The notes: generated by a model from the letters alone, not told the origin. 64,000 nucleotides of DNA from Candidatus Eiseniibacteriota bacterium (GCA_963725865.1 CAVSAC010000012.1:544001-608000), one strand, 5' to 3'; counted from the first letter of the stretch, positions 17,578 to 30,722 are shown. Numbers and translations are program-made.

Positions 17578-20249
17578 GCGCCACCTGCAAGGTCACGATC
17601 GACGGCCGCACCGTCGAGGTGCCGGCCGGAACGCTCATCACCGACGCGGCCCGCGCGGCCGAGGTGCACGTTCCGGTGTTCTGCTCCCATCGCAAACTCC
17701 CGCCGCTCGGCGCGTGCCGCATCTGCGTCGTCGAAGTGGGCACGCCGAAGCTCGGCCCCGACCGCAAGCCGGTGCTGAAGCTCGATGGCAGCCCCGAGAT
17801 CGCCTGGATGCCCAAGGTGCAGACCGGCTGCACCACGCCGGTGTCGGACGGCATGCAGGTGCGCACCCAGTCGCCCGCCGCGATCAAGGCGCGCGAGGGC
17901 GTGATGGAGTTCCTGCTGGTGAACCACCCGCTCGACTGCCCGGTGTGCGACGAGGGCGGGGAGTGCCAGCTCCAGGATCTCGCGTTCGCGTTCGGCCACG
18001 ACTTCTCGCGCATGCAGGAGGCCAAGCGCACGTTCGTCTCCGAGGACCTCGGTCCGATCGTCAAGAAGGAGGCGAACCGCTGCATCGTGTGCATGCGCTG
18101 CGTGCGCTATTGCGACGAGATCATGGGCGAGGACGCCCTGACCGCGCACCAGCGGGGCGTGCTCACCGAGATCTCCTCGTTCAATCGCCAGCCGCTCGAG
18201 TGCGAGCAGTGCGGCAACTGCATCGAGGTGTGCCCGGTGGGAGCGCTCACCGCGCTGCCCTACCGCTTCAAGGCACGCCCGTGGGACCTGCGCCAGCACA
18301 TCACCATCTGCCCGTACTGCTCCAACGGCTGCTCCGTGCGCCTCGGCGTGCGCGGCATGGAGGTGCTGCGCGCGCGCGGCACCGAGTACCGCGGCGTGAA
18401 CCAAGAGTATCTGTGCGTGCGCGGGCGCTTCGGCTACGAGTTCGTGAACCGCGACGACCGACTCGCGAGCCCGTTGGTGCGCGACGGCGGCACGCTGCGC
18501 CCGGCCGGCTTCGACGAAGCGGTGGCGATCGCGGCGACGCGGTTGCGCGACCTGGTGGTCGCGCACGGCCCGAACGCGGTCGCGTTCCTCGGCGGCGAGA
18601 AGCTCACGCTCGAGGAGCAGTACCTGTTCCAGAAGCTCGCGCGGGCGGTGGTCGGCACGCACTCGATCGACGCCCGCACCCGCTTCACCTCGCGCGTGGC
18701 CGGCGACGCCCTGCTGCGCGCCACCGGCGGCGGCCGTCCGGCGCTCTCGTTCGCCGAACTGGCCGAGGCGGACGAGGTGCTGGTGCTCGGCGACGACCTG
18801 CAGGGCGAGTCGCCGTTCGCGCAGGCGCGGCTGATCCAGGGCCAGCACCAGCGCGGCACCCACCTGACGATCGCTCACCCGCGGCGCGTGAAGCTGACGC
18901 GCGTCAAGTTCGGCGCCGACCATCTCGCGCTCACGCCCGGCAGCGAGCTGGCGCTCCTGAACGGACTCACTCGCGCCGCACTCGAGCTGGGAGTGCCGGC
19001 CGACCTGCCGCCCGCGGTCGCGCAGGGGATGGCGGCGCTCCCGGCGGCGCTCGCGGCGTGGACGCCCGAGAAGGTGGCGGCGGCGACCGGCGTGCCGGCG
19101 GCCGCGGTGACCGCCGCGGCGAGACGACTGCGCGAGTCCCGGCGCGGTGCGCTGCTGTTCGGGCGCGCGATCGCCGAGCACCCGCAGGCGCCGGCGCTGC
19201 TGCAGGCGATCGAGAACCTCGGCTGGGCGAGCGGCCTGCTGGGCGCGACGCGCTCGCGCGTGATGTACCTGGGTCCGCACAGCGGCAGCCAGGGCGCGCT
19301 CGACATGGGGCTCACGCCCGACCGGCTGCCGGGCTACGTGGCCGCCACGGACGCGGCGGCGACCCAGCCGTTCGCGCAGCAATGGCAGTGCTCGCTGCCC
19401 GCGACCGCGGGGCTGTCGGCGCCCGAGATCCTGCGCGGCGCGGCCGAGGGCCGCGTGAAGGCGCTGTGGATCGTGAGCGACGAGTGGCTGCGGAGCGCGC
19501 CCGATCGCGCGCTGGCCGAGCAGGCGCTCGCGAAGGCCGAGCTGGTGATCGTCAGCGAGCTGTTCCTGACCGCGACCGCGCGGCAGGCGCACGTGGTGTT
19601 CCCGGTCGCCTCCTTCGCCGAGAAGGAAGGCGTGATGGTGAACTGCGAACGCCGCCTGCAGCGCTCCGCACGCGCGCTGTCGCCGCGCCGCGGCACGCGC
19701 CCGGACGGCGAGGTGTTCCAGGCGGTCGCCCGCGCGCTCGGAGCGCACTGGTCGTATCGCGGCCCCGAGGACGTCTACCGCGAGATCGCCCGGCTGGTGC
19801 CGGGCTTCCACGGCACCTCGTGGGCCACGCTGCTGCCGCTGGGGCCCCAGTGGTCGCGCGAGACCCCGCTGCCCGCGGGAGTGGCGGCGGCCGACGGCGC
19901 GCCCGCCGCGCACGGCGAGGGCCTGTGGCTGCTCGCGGGTGGAACGCTGTTCCTGCAGGGCAGCCTCTCGTACCGCGGCACGACGCTGCCGGGACTCGCG
20001 AAGGCCGCGCGCGCCGCGCTGCACCCGAGCGAGGCGCGGCGGCTCGGCGTGGCGGACGGCGACGTGATCGAGCTCGCGGGGCCGGGAGGCGTGGTGAAGC
20101 TGCCGGCGGTGCTCGACGACGGAGTGCCGGCGGGCAGCGTGTTCGTGCCGTACGCGTACGCCGAGGTCGAACTCAACCGGCTCGGCGCCCCTGCGGGCGC
20201 CGGCCTCAAGGTCCGCGTGTCGAAGTCGGGCATGCCGGCCCACGTATAG
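17574..20249 (+). CDS. nuoG: NADH-quinone oxidoreductase subunit G (long form with N7-type cysteines)
   Basis: GTGA overlap; GACRIC, NHPLDCPVCDEGGEC, CIVCMRC, CPYCSNGC...LC. Confidence 0.95.
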   Translation: MSATCKVTIDGRTVEVPAGTLITDAARAAEVHVPVFCSHRKLPPLGACRICVVEVGTPKLGPDRKPVLKLDGSPEIAWMPKVQTGCTTPVSDGMQVRTQSPAAIKAREGVMEFLLVNHPLDCPVCDEGGECQLQDLAFAFGHDFSRMQEAKRTFVSEDLGPIVKKEANRCIVCMRCVRYCDEIMGEDALTAHQRGVLTEISSFNRQPLECEQCGNCIEVCPVGALTALPYRFKARPWDLRQHITICPYCSNGCSVRLGVRGMEVLRARGTEYRGVNQEYLCVRGRFGYEFVNRDDRLASPLVRDGGTLRPAGFDEAVAIAATRLRDLVVAHGPNAVAFLGGEKLTLEEQYLFQKLARAVVGTHSIDARTRFTSRVAGDALLRATGGGRPALSFAELAEADEVLVLGDDLQGESPFAQARLIQGQHQRGTHLTIAHPRRVKLTRVKFGADHLALTPGSELALLNGLTRAALELGVPADLPPAVAQGMAALPAALAAWTPEKVAAATGVPAAAVTAAARRLRESRRGALLFGRAIAEHPQAPALLQAIENLGWASGLLGATRSRVMYLGPHSGSQGALDMGLTPDRLPGYVAATDAAATQPFAQQWQCSLPATAGLSAPEILRGAAEGRVKALWIVSDEWLRSAPDRALAEQALAKAELVIVSELFLTATARQAHVVFPVASFAEKEGVMVNCERRLQRSARALSPRRGTRPDGEVFQAVARALGAHWSYRGPEDVYREIARLVPGFHGTSWATLLPLGPQWSRETPLPAGVAAADGAPAAHGEGLWLLAGGTLFLQGSLSYRGTTLPGLAKAARAALHPSEARRLGVADGDVIELAGPGGVVKLPAVLDDGVPAGSVFVPYAYAEVELNRLGAPAGAGLKVRVSKSGMPAHV

Positions 20250-20262
20250 GAGCGCGCGAGGG

Positions 20263-21288
20263 ATGGCCGCACTCTGGAGCAACCCGGACGTCCAGTACCT
20301 CGTCTGGATCCTCGTGAAGCTGGTCGTCATCCTGCTGGCGCTGCTCGGCGTGGTCTCGTACCTGATCTGGATCGAGCGCAAGGTCGCGGGCCACATGCAG
20401 GCGCGCACCGGCCCCAACCGCGTCGGGCCTTTCGGCCTGCTGCAGCCGGTCGCCGACATCGCCAAGCTGTTCCTCAAGGAGGAGTTCATCGCGGCGGACG
20501 CGAACCTGGTCGTCTACCACATCGCCCCCGTGCTCGCGGTGATCCCGGCGATGGTGGTGTTCTCGGTGCTGCCGCTCGGCCCCGCGGTGACGGTCACCGA
20601 CGTGAACGTCGGCCTGCTGGTGTTCCTCGCGATGTCCAGCCTGGGCGTGTACGCGATCACGCTCGCGGGCTGGTCCTCGAACAACAAGTACGCGCTGCTG
20701 GGCGGCCTGCGGTCGGCGGCGCAGATGATCTCGTACGAGCTCAGCATGGGACTCGCGACCGTCGGGCCGATCCTGCTCGCGGGCACGCTGTCGCTGACCG
20801 GGATCGTCGAGGCGCAGAGCGCGGTCGTGCACCTCGGCCCGCTGCCCTTGCCGGGCTGGTACGTGCTGTTCCAGCCGCTCGGCTTCGTGATCTTCATGAT
20901 CACGGCGTTCGCCGAGACCAACCGCGCGCCGTTCGACCTCCCCGAGGCCGAGGCCGAGCTGGTGGCCGGCTTCCACACCGAGTACTCGTCGATGAAGTGG
21001 GGGATGTTCTTCCTCGGCGAGTACATGAACATCATCGCGATCTGCGGCATCGCCACCGCGCTGTTCCTGGGCGGCTGGAACGGGCCGTTCCTGCCCGACT
21101 ACCTGAAGGTGCTGTGGTTCCTCGCCAAGGTCTCGGTGCTGTTGTTCCTCTTCATCTGGGTGCGCTGGACCTTCCCGCGCCTCCGCTACGACCAGCTCAT
21201 GAACCTGGGCTGGAAGGTGCTGCTGCCGGCTTCGATCGTGAACATCGTCGTCACGGCGCTGCTGATCTACTGGAGTCAGCCCGCATGA
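20263..21288 (+). CDS. nuoH: NADH-quinone oxidoreductase subunit H
   Basis: [41 protein letters not shown]. Confidence 0.97.
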   Translation: MAALWSNPDVQYLVWILVKLVVILLALLGVVSYLIWIERKVAGHMQARTGPNRVGPFGLLQPVADIAKLFLKEEFIAADANLVVYHIAPVLAVIPAMVVFSVLPLGPAVTVTDVNVGLLVFLAMSSLGVYAITLAGWSSNNKYALLGGLRSAAQMISYELSMGLATVGPILLAGTLSLTGIVEAQSAVVHLGPLPLPGWYVLFQPLGFVIFMITAFAETNRAPFDLPEAEAELVAGFHTEYSSMKWGMFFLGEYMNIIAICGIATALFLGGWNGPFLPDYLKVLWFLAKVSVLLFLFIWVRWTFPRLRYDQLMNLGWKVLLPASIVNIVVTALLIYWSQPA

Positions 21289-21845
21289 GCCTCGTCCAGG
21301 TGCTGTTCCTCGTGTTCGGCGCCCTGCTCGCGGTGTCGAGCCTGATGGTCATCCTGCAGCGCAACCCGGTCTCGAGCGCGCTGTTCCTGGTGCTGGCGTT
21401 CGTGTCGCTGGGGGCGATCTACCTGACCCTGCATGCCGAGTTCCTCGGCATGGTGCAGATCATCGTCTACGCCGGCGCCATCATGGTGCTGTTCCTGTTC
21501 GTGATCATGTACCTGAACCTCAAGCACGACGTGGAGACCGGGGTGCAGATCGCGCTGCGGCGCGGCTTCGGTTGGCTGCTCGGCGCACTCGTGCTGGGAT
21601 TCGCGGTGCTGCTCGCGCGCCGCGGCTGGGCGCCCGGGCCGGTCTCGGAGGCGGTGCCCTCGATGGCCGGCAACACCGAGCAGATCGGCGTCGCGCTCTA
21701 CACGCGGTACCTGTTTCCGTTCGAAATCACGTCGATGGTGCTCCTGGTCGCCATGGTGGGCGCCATCGTGATCACCCGCGGTCGTCGCGCCCCGAGCGCC
21801 ACGGCCCCCCAGGCGGACCCGGCGGAAGGAGGGGCGTCCCGATGA
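21285..21845 (+). CDS. nuoJ: NADH-quinone oxidoreductase subunit J
   Basis: ATGA overlap with nuo[25 protein letters not shown]. Confidence 0.95.
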   Translation: MSLVQVLFLVFGALLAVSSLMVILQRNPVSSALFLVLAFVSLGAIYLTLHAEFLGMVQIIVYAGAIMVLFLFVIMYLNLKHDVETGVQIALRRGFGWLLGALVLGFAVLLARRGWAPGPVSEAVPSMAGNTEQIGVALYTRYLFPFEITSMVLLVAMVGAIVITRGRRAPSATAPQADPAEGGASR

Positions 21846-22144
21846 TCCCGCTCGGATGGAGCCTCGCGCTGAGCGCGCTGGTGTTCACCATCGGCCTCGT
21901 CGGCGTGCTGGTGCGCCGCAACGCGCTCGTCATCTTCATGTCGATCGAATTGATGCTCAATGCCGCCAACCTGGCGTTCGTGGCGTTCGCGCGGCACGCG
22001 GGCTCGGTGGACGGCCAGGTGTTCGTGTTCTTCGTCATGACCGTCGCGGCGGCCGAGGTCGCCGTCGGGCTCGCGATCATCGTCAACATGTTCCGACTCC
22101 GCGAGACGGTGTTCGTGGACGAGATCAACCTGCTGAAAGGCTGA
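21842..22144 (+). CDS. nuoK: NADH-quinone oxidoreductase subunit K
   Basis: [25 protein letters not shown]. Confidence 0.96.
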   Translation: MIPLGWSLALSALVFTIGLVGVLVRRNALVIFMSIELMLNAANLAFVAFARHAGSVDGQVFVFFVMTVAAAEVAVGLAIIVNMFRLRETVFVDEINLLKG

Positions 22145-22151
22145 GCGACCC

Positions 22152-24092
<1,941 letters not shown>

Positions 24093-24093
24093 C

Positions 24094-25644
24094 GTGAACG
24101 GATACTACCTGACCTCCCTGTTCGTCCTGCCGCTCGTGGGCGCGGTCGTGACCGCCATGATGCGGCCCGACGCGCGGCGCGCCATCCGCGTCTCGGCGAC
24201 CGCCTTCGCGCTCGCGGAGCTGCTGCTCTCGCTGCCGCTCTGGTGGCGCTACCTGCCGGGCCAGGCCGGCTGGCAGTTCGAGGAGCAACGCCCGTGGCTG
24301 CCGGCGATCGGCGCCACGTACCACCTCGGCGTCGACGGCATCAGCGTGCTGCTCATCCTGCTCACCACGCTCCTCACGCTGGTCGCGGTGGTGGGGGCGT
24401 ACGGCGCGGTCGAGAAGCGCGCGCGGGAGTTCTTCGCCCTGCTGCTGGCGCTCGAGGCCGGCATGCTCGGCACTTTCATGGCGCTCGACCTGGTGGTGTT
24501 CTACGTGTTCTGGGAGGCCATGCTCATCCCGATGTACCTGCTGATCGGGGTGTGGGGCGGCCAGCGGCGCATCTACGCGGCCGTGAAGTTCTTCCTCTTC
24601 ACGATGGCCGGCAGCGTGCTGATGCTGGTCGCGATCCTGTGGCTGTACTCCATGAACAAGAACGCCACCGGCGTCGCCTCGTTCGACCTCGACGTGCTCT
24701 ACCGCCTGCCGATCGCGGCGGCGGCGCAGACCTGGATGTTCCTGGCGTTCGCGGTCGCGTTCGCGATCAAGGTGCCGATGTTCCCGTTCCACACCTGGCT
24801 GCCGGACGCGCACGTCGAGGCGCCGACCGCGGGCTCGGTGATCCTGGCCGCCGTGCTCCTCAAGATGGGCACCTACGGCTTCCTGCGCTTCGCCATCCCG
24901 CTGTTCCCGGCCGCCTCGACGCTGTTCACTCCGTGGATCGCGGGGCTCGCGCTGGTCGGCATCGTGTACGGCGCGCTGGTCGCGATGGTGCAGCCCGACC
25001 TGAAGAAGCTGGTCGCGTACTCGTCCGTGAGCCACCTGGGGTTCTGCATGCTCGGCATCTACGCCATGAACCCGCAAGGCATGGCGGGCGCGATGCTCCA
25101 GATGCTGAATCACGGTGTCTCGACCGGGGCGTTGTTCATGCTGGTCGGCGTGGTGTACGAACGGCGCCACACCCGGATGATCAAGGACTTCGGCGGCCTC
25201 TGGAAGCCGCTGCCGGTCTACGCGTCGGTCTTCCTCGTCGTGATGCTCTCGTCGATCGGGCTACCGGGGACCAACGGATTCGTGGGCGAGTTCCTGGTGC
25301 TGCTGGGCGCGTTCCGCGCGAATCCCGTGTGGGGCGTGGTGGCGACGAGCGGCGTCATCCTGTCGGCGGTCTACATGCTGTGGATGTTCCAGCGCGTGAT
25401 GTTCGGCCCCGTGACGCACCCCGAGAACGAGAAGCTCTCCGACCTGTCGTTCCGCGAGCGCCTGGTGTTCGCGCCGCTGCTGATCCTGATCTTCTGGATC
25501 GGCTTCATGCCGCAGCCGTTCCTCGATCGCATGCAGCCGTCGCTCGACCGCACCGTGGAGCTGGCGCAGCTCCGCACCGCGCTGAGCGCGCCGCCGCCCG
25601 CCGCCGCGGTGATCCCGGCCCCGCCGGAAGGAGGCGCGCGATGA
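24094..25644 (+). CDS. nuoM: NADH-quinone oxidoreductase subunit M
   Basis: FYVFWE, KVPMFPFHTWLPDAHVEAP, LPGTNGFVGE. Confidence 0.97.
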   Translation: MNGYYLTSLFVLPLVGAVVTAMMRPDARRAIRVSATAFALAELLLSLPLWWRYLPGQAGWQFEEQRPWLPAIGATYHLGVDGISVLLILLTTLLTLVAVVGAYGAVEKRAREFFALLLALEAGMLGTFMALDLVVFYVFWEAMLIPMYLLIGVWGGQRRIYAAVKFFLFTMAGSVLMLVAILWLYSMNKNATGVASFDLDVLYRLPIAAAAQTWMFLAFAVAFAIKVPMFPFHTWLPDAHVEAPTAGSVILAAVLLKMGTYGFLRFAIPLFPAASTLFTPWIAGLALVGIVYGALVAMVQPDLKKLVAYSSVSHLGFCMLGIYAMNPQGMAGAMLQMLNHGVSTGALFMLVGVVYERRHTRMIKDFGGLWKPLPVYASVFLVVMLSSIGLPGTNGFVGEFLVLLGAFRANPVWGVVATSGVILSAVYMLWMFQRVMFGPVTHPENEKLSDLSFRERLVFAPLLILIFWIGFMPQPFLDRMQPSLDRTVELAQLRTALSAPPPAAAVIPAPPEGGAR

Positions 25645-27107
25645 CGCCGTTCGCCATGCCCGCGTTCCTGCCGGTCGACTGGTGGGCGATGGGGGCGATC
25701 ATCGCGCTGACCCTCGGCACGCTGGTACTGCTGATGCTGGAGTTCATCCCGGTTCGCGAGGGGAGCCCGCGGGGGGCGATCGTCGCGCTGCTCACGTTCC
25801 TCGCCGCCGGTGCTTCGGTCTACCGCGTGAGCGATGCGCGCCGGTCGCTGTTCGACGGCATGCTGGTGCACGACGGATTCACGGTGTTCTTCACGCTGCT
25901 GCTGTGCGCGATCGGCGTGCTCTCCGTGCTGCTGTCGTGGGACTACGTGCGCCGCACGCGCATCAACCAGGCCGAGTACTATGCGCTGCTGCTGTGCTCG
26001 ACGATGGGCATGATCGTGATGGCGGCGTCGAACGATCTCATCACGGTGTTCCTCGGGCTCGAGCTGATGTCGCTCGCGCTGTACGTGCTCGTCGGCTTCC
26101 GCCGCAGCCGCCTGGAGTCGAACGAGGCGGCGATGAAGTACTTCCTGCTCGGGGCGTTCGCGAGCGGGTTCCTGCTCTACGGCATCGCGCTGCTCTACGG
26201 CGCCACCGGCACCACGAACCTGCCGGCCATGGCGCGGTTCCTCGCCGGCTCGCCGATGCTCGGCAACCCGCTGTTCGTGATGGGGCTCGTGCTGCTGCTG
26301 GTCGGCTTCGCGTTCAAGGTCTCCGCGGTGCCGTTCCACATGTGGACCCCCGACGCCTACGAGGGGGCGCCCACGTCGGTGACGGCCTTCATGTCGGTCG
26401 GCGCCAAGGCGGCGGGATTCGCGGCGCTGCTGCGGGTGGCGCTGAACGTGATGGGCGACGTGCACGCCCAGTGGGTGCCGGTGCTGTCGTGGATCGCCAT
26501 CCTCACCATGACGGTCGGCAACGTCACCGCGCTCATGCAGGCGAACCTCAAGCGCATGCTCGCATACTCCAGCATCGCGCACGCCGGGTACATCCTGGTC
26601 GCGGTCATCGCGGGTGGCCGGGACGGCGCGGCGGCCGCTTTGTTCTATCTGGTGGTGTACGCGTTCATGAACCTCGGCGCGTTCGGCATCCTGACGATGC
26701 TCGGCAAGGACATCGACGAGCGCGTGCTGATGGCGGACGTGCAGGGACTGGGCTTCCGCCAGCCGCTGCTGGGCCTGGCGCTCACGCTGTTCATGATCTC
26801 GCTGGCCGGCATCCCGCCGACCGCGGGCTTCATGGGCAAGTTCATCGTGTTCAAGGCCGCCCTGCAGCAGGGACTCGTTCCGCTGGTGATCGTCGGCGTG
26901 CTGAACAGCGTGATCAGCCTGTACTACTACCTGCGCGTCACCGTCGCGCTGTACATGCAGGAGCCGCAGGGCGAGCCGACGCACGTCTCGTGGGCGGTGC
27001 CCGGCACGCTGGCGCTGGTGGCGGCCGCGGCGGTCACCGTGTGGGTCGGACTGCAGGCGAGCGGTCTGCTCGAGATGGCGCAGCGCTCGGTGCTGGGGCT
27101 GATGTAG
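25641..27107 (+). CDS. nuoN: NADH-quinone oxidoreductase subunit N
   Basis: EAAMKYFLLG, FKVSAVPFHMWTPDAYEGAP, GIPPTAGFMGK. Confidence 0.97.
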   Translation: MTPFAMPAFLPVDWWAMGAIIALTLGTLVLLMLEFIPVREGSPRGAIVALLTFLAAGASVYRVSDARRSLFDGMLVHDGFTVFFTLLLCAIGVLSVLLSWDYVRRTRINQAEYYALLLCSTMGMIVMAASNDLITVFLGLELMSLALYVLVGFRRSRLESNEAAMKYFLLGAFASGFLLYGIALLYGATGTTNLPAMARFLAGSPMLGNPLFVMGLVLLLVGFAFKVSAVPFHMWTPDAYEGAPTSVTAFMSVGAKAAGFAALLRVALNVMGDVHAQWVPVLSWIAILTMTVGNVTALMQANLKRMLAYSSIAHAGYILVAVIAGGRDGAAAALFYLVVYAFMNLGAFGILTMLGKDIDERVLMADVQGLGFRQPLLGLALTLFMISLAGIPPTAGFMGKFIVFKAALQQGLVPLVIVGVLNSVISLYYYLRVTVALYMQEPQGEPTHVSWAVPGTLALVAAAAVTVWVGLQASGLLEMAQRSVLGLM

Positions 27108-28959
27108 CGGACGGCGCGCCGCCGTCGATGCGGCGCCCGAGGCGGGCGAGCGCCCCGCGCACCGTCCCGGAGGCGGGGCGGGCGCGCCACGCCGCGGCGA
27201 GGTGCGCGCGCGCCTCGTCCGCGCGGCCATCGAGCAGGGCGAGGTTCGCGAGCAGGAACTCCGCCCGCGCATTCCACGGCGAGCTCGCGGACATGCGGAG
27301 CAGTTCCGCGCGCGCGGCGGACCGGAACGCGGTGTCCGCCGCCGCCAGGCGACCCATCACCGCGAGCGCCGCCTCGCCGCCCGGCACGTGGCGGAAACCG
27401 CGCCGCCGCGCCACCGGCTCCAGCGGTCCGCCGTGTCGCACCCACAGCGCGCCGGCGTCGTCACGGAACACCAGCGCGAACTCGCCGCCGGCGTCGAGCA
27501 CGTCGTGGAGCGTCTCGCCGGGATCCTGGGAGCCCGGCAGCAGCACCCAGTCGAAGCGATGGCGGGCGTCCATCGCCGCGAACCCGGCCGCGCTCGTGAA
27601 CGCGGCCGGGAGCAGCGCGAGGTCCTCCGGGAGGCCGGACTGGTGGATGTCCATGAACGGCAGTCGCGAGCGGTCGGGCGCGAAGCGCCACAATAGATAC
27701 CCGCCCTGGTCGAAGCGGTTGAAGCCGCGGCCGCGGATGCCCTCGCGCTCCATGAAGTCGCACGCCCGCTCGGGAACGGCGCGCGGATCGATCCCCGGCG
27801 CGGGGGCGAAGCCCGGCTGCGTCCACGCCAGCGCCGCCAGCGCCGCGCAGGCGGCCACCGTGAGCGCGGCGCGCACACCCGCCGGGCGCGCCCACGCCGG
27901 CGCGCGGACGGCGGCGAGCGCGCCCGCGAGGTCGCGGGCCGCGAACGGCAGCGCCACCACCGCGTAGAGCCCGATGAAGCGCTGCGTGCTCCACGCCAGC
28001 GCGGTGGCACCGGCGCACAGCAGCGCCTCGGCGAGGTCCGGCCCGTGGCGCCGCGCGCGTTCCGCCAGCAGCAGCGGCCAGCCGAAGAACAGCAGCGGGA
28101 GGCCATCCCTCCAGCGCGCGAGCGGATCGAGCGCGCGCAGCTCCGGGATCGACCGGAACAGCGCCAGGTCGCGCTGGTGCAGCACGAAGTCGAACGGCTG
28201 CGCGAGCGCACGCGCGCCGCCGGGGTTCACGAACGAGACCGCGAGCGCCGCCGCGGCGATCGTCCACAGCCGCGCCGGTGCGGGTGCGCGGCCGGTGGCC
28301 GGACGCCACGCGTCGAGGTGCTCCTGCGCCAGGTAGGCGAGGGTCACGAGTGGCCCCAGGTACCACGTCAGGTGCGCGTTCGCCCAGGCCCATGCGATTG
28401 GCACCAGCCACCACGCCGGATCGGGCCCGCCCCGCGCGCGGCCCGGCCGGCGGCACGCCTCGAGCACCGCGACCTGGAGCGCCAGCAGCACCGACACCAG
28501 CGTCTCGGGCCGCACCTGCGATCGGTGCCGCCACGTGAGCGCTGCGAGCACCAGCACCAGCGCCGTCGCGAACCCGCGGGCGCCGAGCCGCCGCGCGGTG
28601 GCGACGCCGATCCCGAGTGCGAGCGCGGCGGTCAGCCAGCGCCACGCGGCCAGCCCCCACGCGCCGCCGGCGACCCAGAACGGCCACAGCAGGGCGCGGA
28701 AGCCCCACGACGGCGTGACCTCGGGGCGGCCGTAGACCGGCCACGCCCAGCGATTGACCGTGGGCACGGCATGATCCGCCCAGATCGCGCGCCCGACGGC
28801 GAGGTGCTCCCAGACGTCGGGATCGGTGATCGGGAAGCTCACCGATCCCAGCACTACGAGCGCCGCGAACGCGAACGTCGCGAGCAACGCCGGGTGCGCG
28901 AGCGCCGGCGGCGTCGGCGCGGCGGCGGCCGCCGGCCGCGGCTTCAGGCCTCGGGCCAT
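27034..28959 (-). CDS. Polytopic membrane protein, putative GT-C-fold glycosyltransferase with C-terminal TPR-like helices
   Basis: ATG 28959; DPDVWEHLAVGRAI after the first TM, RPE, WANAH, SFVNP, GGYLLW. Confidence 0.7.
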   Translation of the reverse strand: MARGLKPRPAAAAAPTPPALAHPALLATFAFAALVVLGSVSFPITDPDVWEHLAVGRAIWADHAVPTVNRWAWPVYGRPEVTPSWGFRALLWPFWVAGGAWGLAAWRWLTAALALGIGVATARRLGARGFATALVLVLAALTWRHRSQVRPETLVSVLLALQVAVLEACRRPGRARGGPDPAWWLVPIAWAWANAHLTWYLGPLVTLAYLAQEHLDAWRPATGRAPAPARLWTIAAAALAVSFVNPGGARALAQPFDFVLHQRDLALFRSIPELRALDPLARWRDGLPLLFFGWPLLLAERARRHGPDLAEALLCAGATALAWSTQRFIGLYAVVALPFAARDLAGALAAVRAPAWARPAGVRAALTVAACAALAALAWTQPGFAPAPGIDPRAVPERACDFMEREGIRGRGFNRFDQGGYLLWRFAPDRSRLPFMDIHQSGLPEDLALLPAAFTSAAGFAAMDARHRFDWVLLPGSQDPGETLHDVLDAGGEFALVFRDDAGALWVRHGGPLEPVARRRGFRHVPGGEAALAVMGRLAAADTAFRSAARAELLRMSASSPWNARAEFLLANLALLDGRADEARAHLAAAWRARPASGTVRGALARLGRRIDGGAPSATSAPAPSAAPSRADRSPAVRPTR

Positions 28960-30194
28960 CGCAGCAGCCACGCCTCGGCGACGGCGCCGCGCCCGAGTCC
29001 CGCGGCCTCCTCGGGCACCACCAGCAGCGCGTGGGCGCGCGACTGCGGAGCGAGGTGACCCGACACCTGCTCGCCCACCGGCGTGGCCCACCAGCCGTCG
29101 GGCTCCTGGGCGAGCGTCACGCGCACGAAGTCGGTGCGCCCCGCGTGCGAGGGCACCTCGACCGCCGCGCGCACGGATAGGCGCGGGCGGTCGAGCGCCG
29201 CGAATCCCTGCAGCGCGCGCAGCGCGGGACGCACCAGCGCCTCGAACACGCACGCCACCGAAGCCGGATTGCCCGGGAGACCGAAGAACAGCGCGCCGCC
29301 GGGAGCGCCGAACGCCTGCGGGCGGCCGGGGCGCATCGCGACGCGCCACAGCTCGAGGTCGCCGAGGGCCGCGAGGCTCTGCTTCACGGGGTCGAAGTCC
29401 CCGGCCGAGACGCCGCCGATCGAGAGCACCACGTCGGACGCCCCCAGCGCCACCCGCAGCGCGCGCGCCACCTCCTCGGCGCGGTCGCCCACCCGGCGCG
29501 TGTCCACCACGTCGGCGCCCGCGGCCGCGGCCAGCATTGCGAGCATCGGGCGGTTGCTGTCGCGGATCGCGCCCGGCCGCAGGGATTCGCCGGGCTCCAG
29601 CAGCTCGTCGCCCGTGGAGACGATCGACACCCGCGGCCGGCGACCCACGGTGACCTCGGTCGCGCCGAGCGAGGCGAGCAGCGCCAGATCGTGCGGGGAC
29701 AACTCGCGCCCGCGTGCCAGCACGCGCTCGCCGGCCCGCACGTCGGCGCCGGCGTGACGGACGTTCTCGGCCGCGCGCGCGGGACGCCCGATCCGCACCT
29801 GCCCGGGGTCCGCCCCCTCCAGCACGTCTTCGAAGGCGATCACTGCATCGGAGCCGGACGGCAGCGCGGCGCCGGTCATGATGCGAGCGGCCTCGCCCGG
29901 CCCCAGCACGCGGGTGGAGGCGTGACCCGCGGGCAGCACCACGGCCACGTGCAGGTGCACCGGCGCCTGCGGGGTCGCGCGCGCGAGGTCGGCGGCGCGC
30001 ACCGCGAACCCGTCCATGGCGCTGTTGTCGAACGGCGGGAGAGAGTGCGACGCGAGCGCGTCGGCCGCCAGCGCCCGTCCGTTGGCCGCGCCCAGCGGCA
30101 CCGACTCGGTGCCGAGCGGGCGCACCGCGGCGAGCACCCGCGCTCGCGCGGCGGCGTAGGTCAGCGCGCGCGGCTCAGGTCCGGGACCAGCCAC
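28944..30194 (-). CDS. moeA: Molybdopterin molybdenumtransferase
   Basis: [38 protein letters not shown]. Confidence 0.95.
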   Translation of the reverse strand: MAGPGPEPRALTYAAARARVLAAVRPLGTESVPLGAANGRALAADALASHSLPPFDNSAMDGFAVRAADLARATPQAPVHLHVAVVLPAGHASTRVLGPGEAARIMTGAALPSGSDAVIAFEDVLEGADPGQVRIGRPARAAENVRHAGADVRAGERVLARGRELSPHDLALLASLGATEVTVGRRPRVSIVSTGDELLEPGESLRPGAIRDSNRPMLAMLAAAAGADVVDTRRVGDRAEEVARALRVALGASDVVLSIGGVSAGDFDPVKQSLAALGDLELWRVAMRPGRPQAFGAPGGALFFGLPGNPASVACVFEALVRPALRALQGFAALDRPRLSVRAAVEVPSHAGRTDFVRVTLAQEPDGWWATPVGEQVSGHLAPQSRAHALLVVPEEAAGLGRGAVAEAWLLRWPEA

Positions 30195-30654
30195 CGCTGC
30201 GGCCCCCGCGCTTCTCCCACAGGGCGAACTCGCCCATCACCATGCCGCGGTCGACCGCCTTGAGCATGTCGTACAGCGTGAGGGCCGCGACCGTCACGGC
30301 CGTGAGCGCCTCCATCTCGACGCCGGTCCTCGCGCGGGTGGCGACCTGCGCCTCGATCGACACCGCGGAAGCCTCCTCGTCGAGGCGGAACGAGACCCGC
30401 ACGCTCTCCACCGGGATCGGGTGCGCGAGCGGGATGAGGTCCGCGGTGCGTTTGGCGGCCATCACGCCCGCCACGTGCGCGGTGGCGAGCACGTCGCCCT
30501 TGGGCGCGCGGCCGTCGCGGAGCAGCGCGAGCGTGTCGCGGTGCATGAACACCCGGCCGCGGGCGATGGCCACCCGGCGGGTGACGCGCTTGTCGCCCAC
30601 GTCGACCATCCGCACGCGACCCTGGGCGTCGAGATGCGAGAGCTTGCGAGGCAT
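30175..30654 (-). CDS. moaC: Cyclic pyranopterin monophosphate synthase
   Basis: LSHLD...[32 protein letters not shown]. Confidence 0.96.
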   Translation of the reverse strand: MPRKLSHLDAQGRVRMVDVGDKRVTRRVAIARGRVFMHRDTLALLRDGRAPKGDVLATAHVAGVMAAKRTADLIPLAHPIPVESVRVSFRLDEEASAVSIEAQVATRARTGVEMEALTAVTVAALTLYDMLKAVDRGMVMGEFALWEKRGGRSGGWSRT

Positions 30655-30660
30655 CGTGGC

Positions 30661-30692
30661 TTGACATTAGGAAGCGTCATTCCTAGTGTCAA
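30661..30692. promoter_or_regulatory. Palindromic bidirectional promoter/operator
   Basis: TTGACATTAGGAA-6 bp-TTCCTAGTGTCAA; plus strand TTGACA-17-TAGTGT, minus strand TTGACA-17-TAATGT. Confidence 0.75.
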
Positions 30693-30722
30693 TCGGCCTC
30701 GCGTCCGATGCGCGCGGAACCC

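Noticed and set aside
17574..20249. NuoG as an active molybdoenzyme, given nearby mobA, moaC and moeA
   Set aside because: The position of the formate dehydrogenase Cys/Sec-His ligand reads DARTRFTS; a long NuoG is normal
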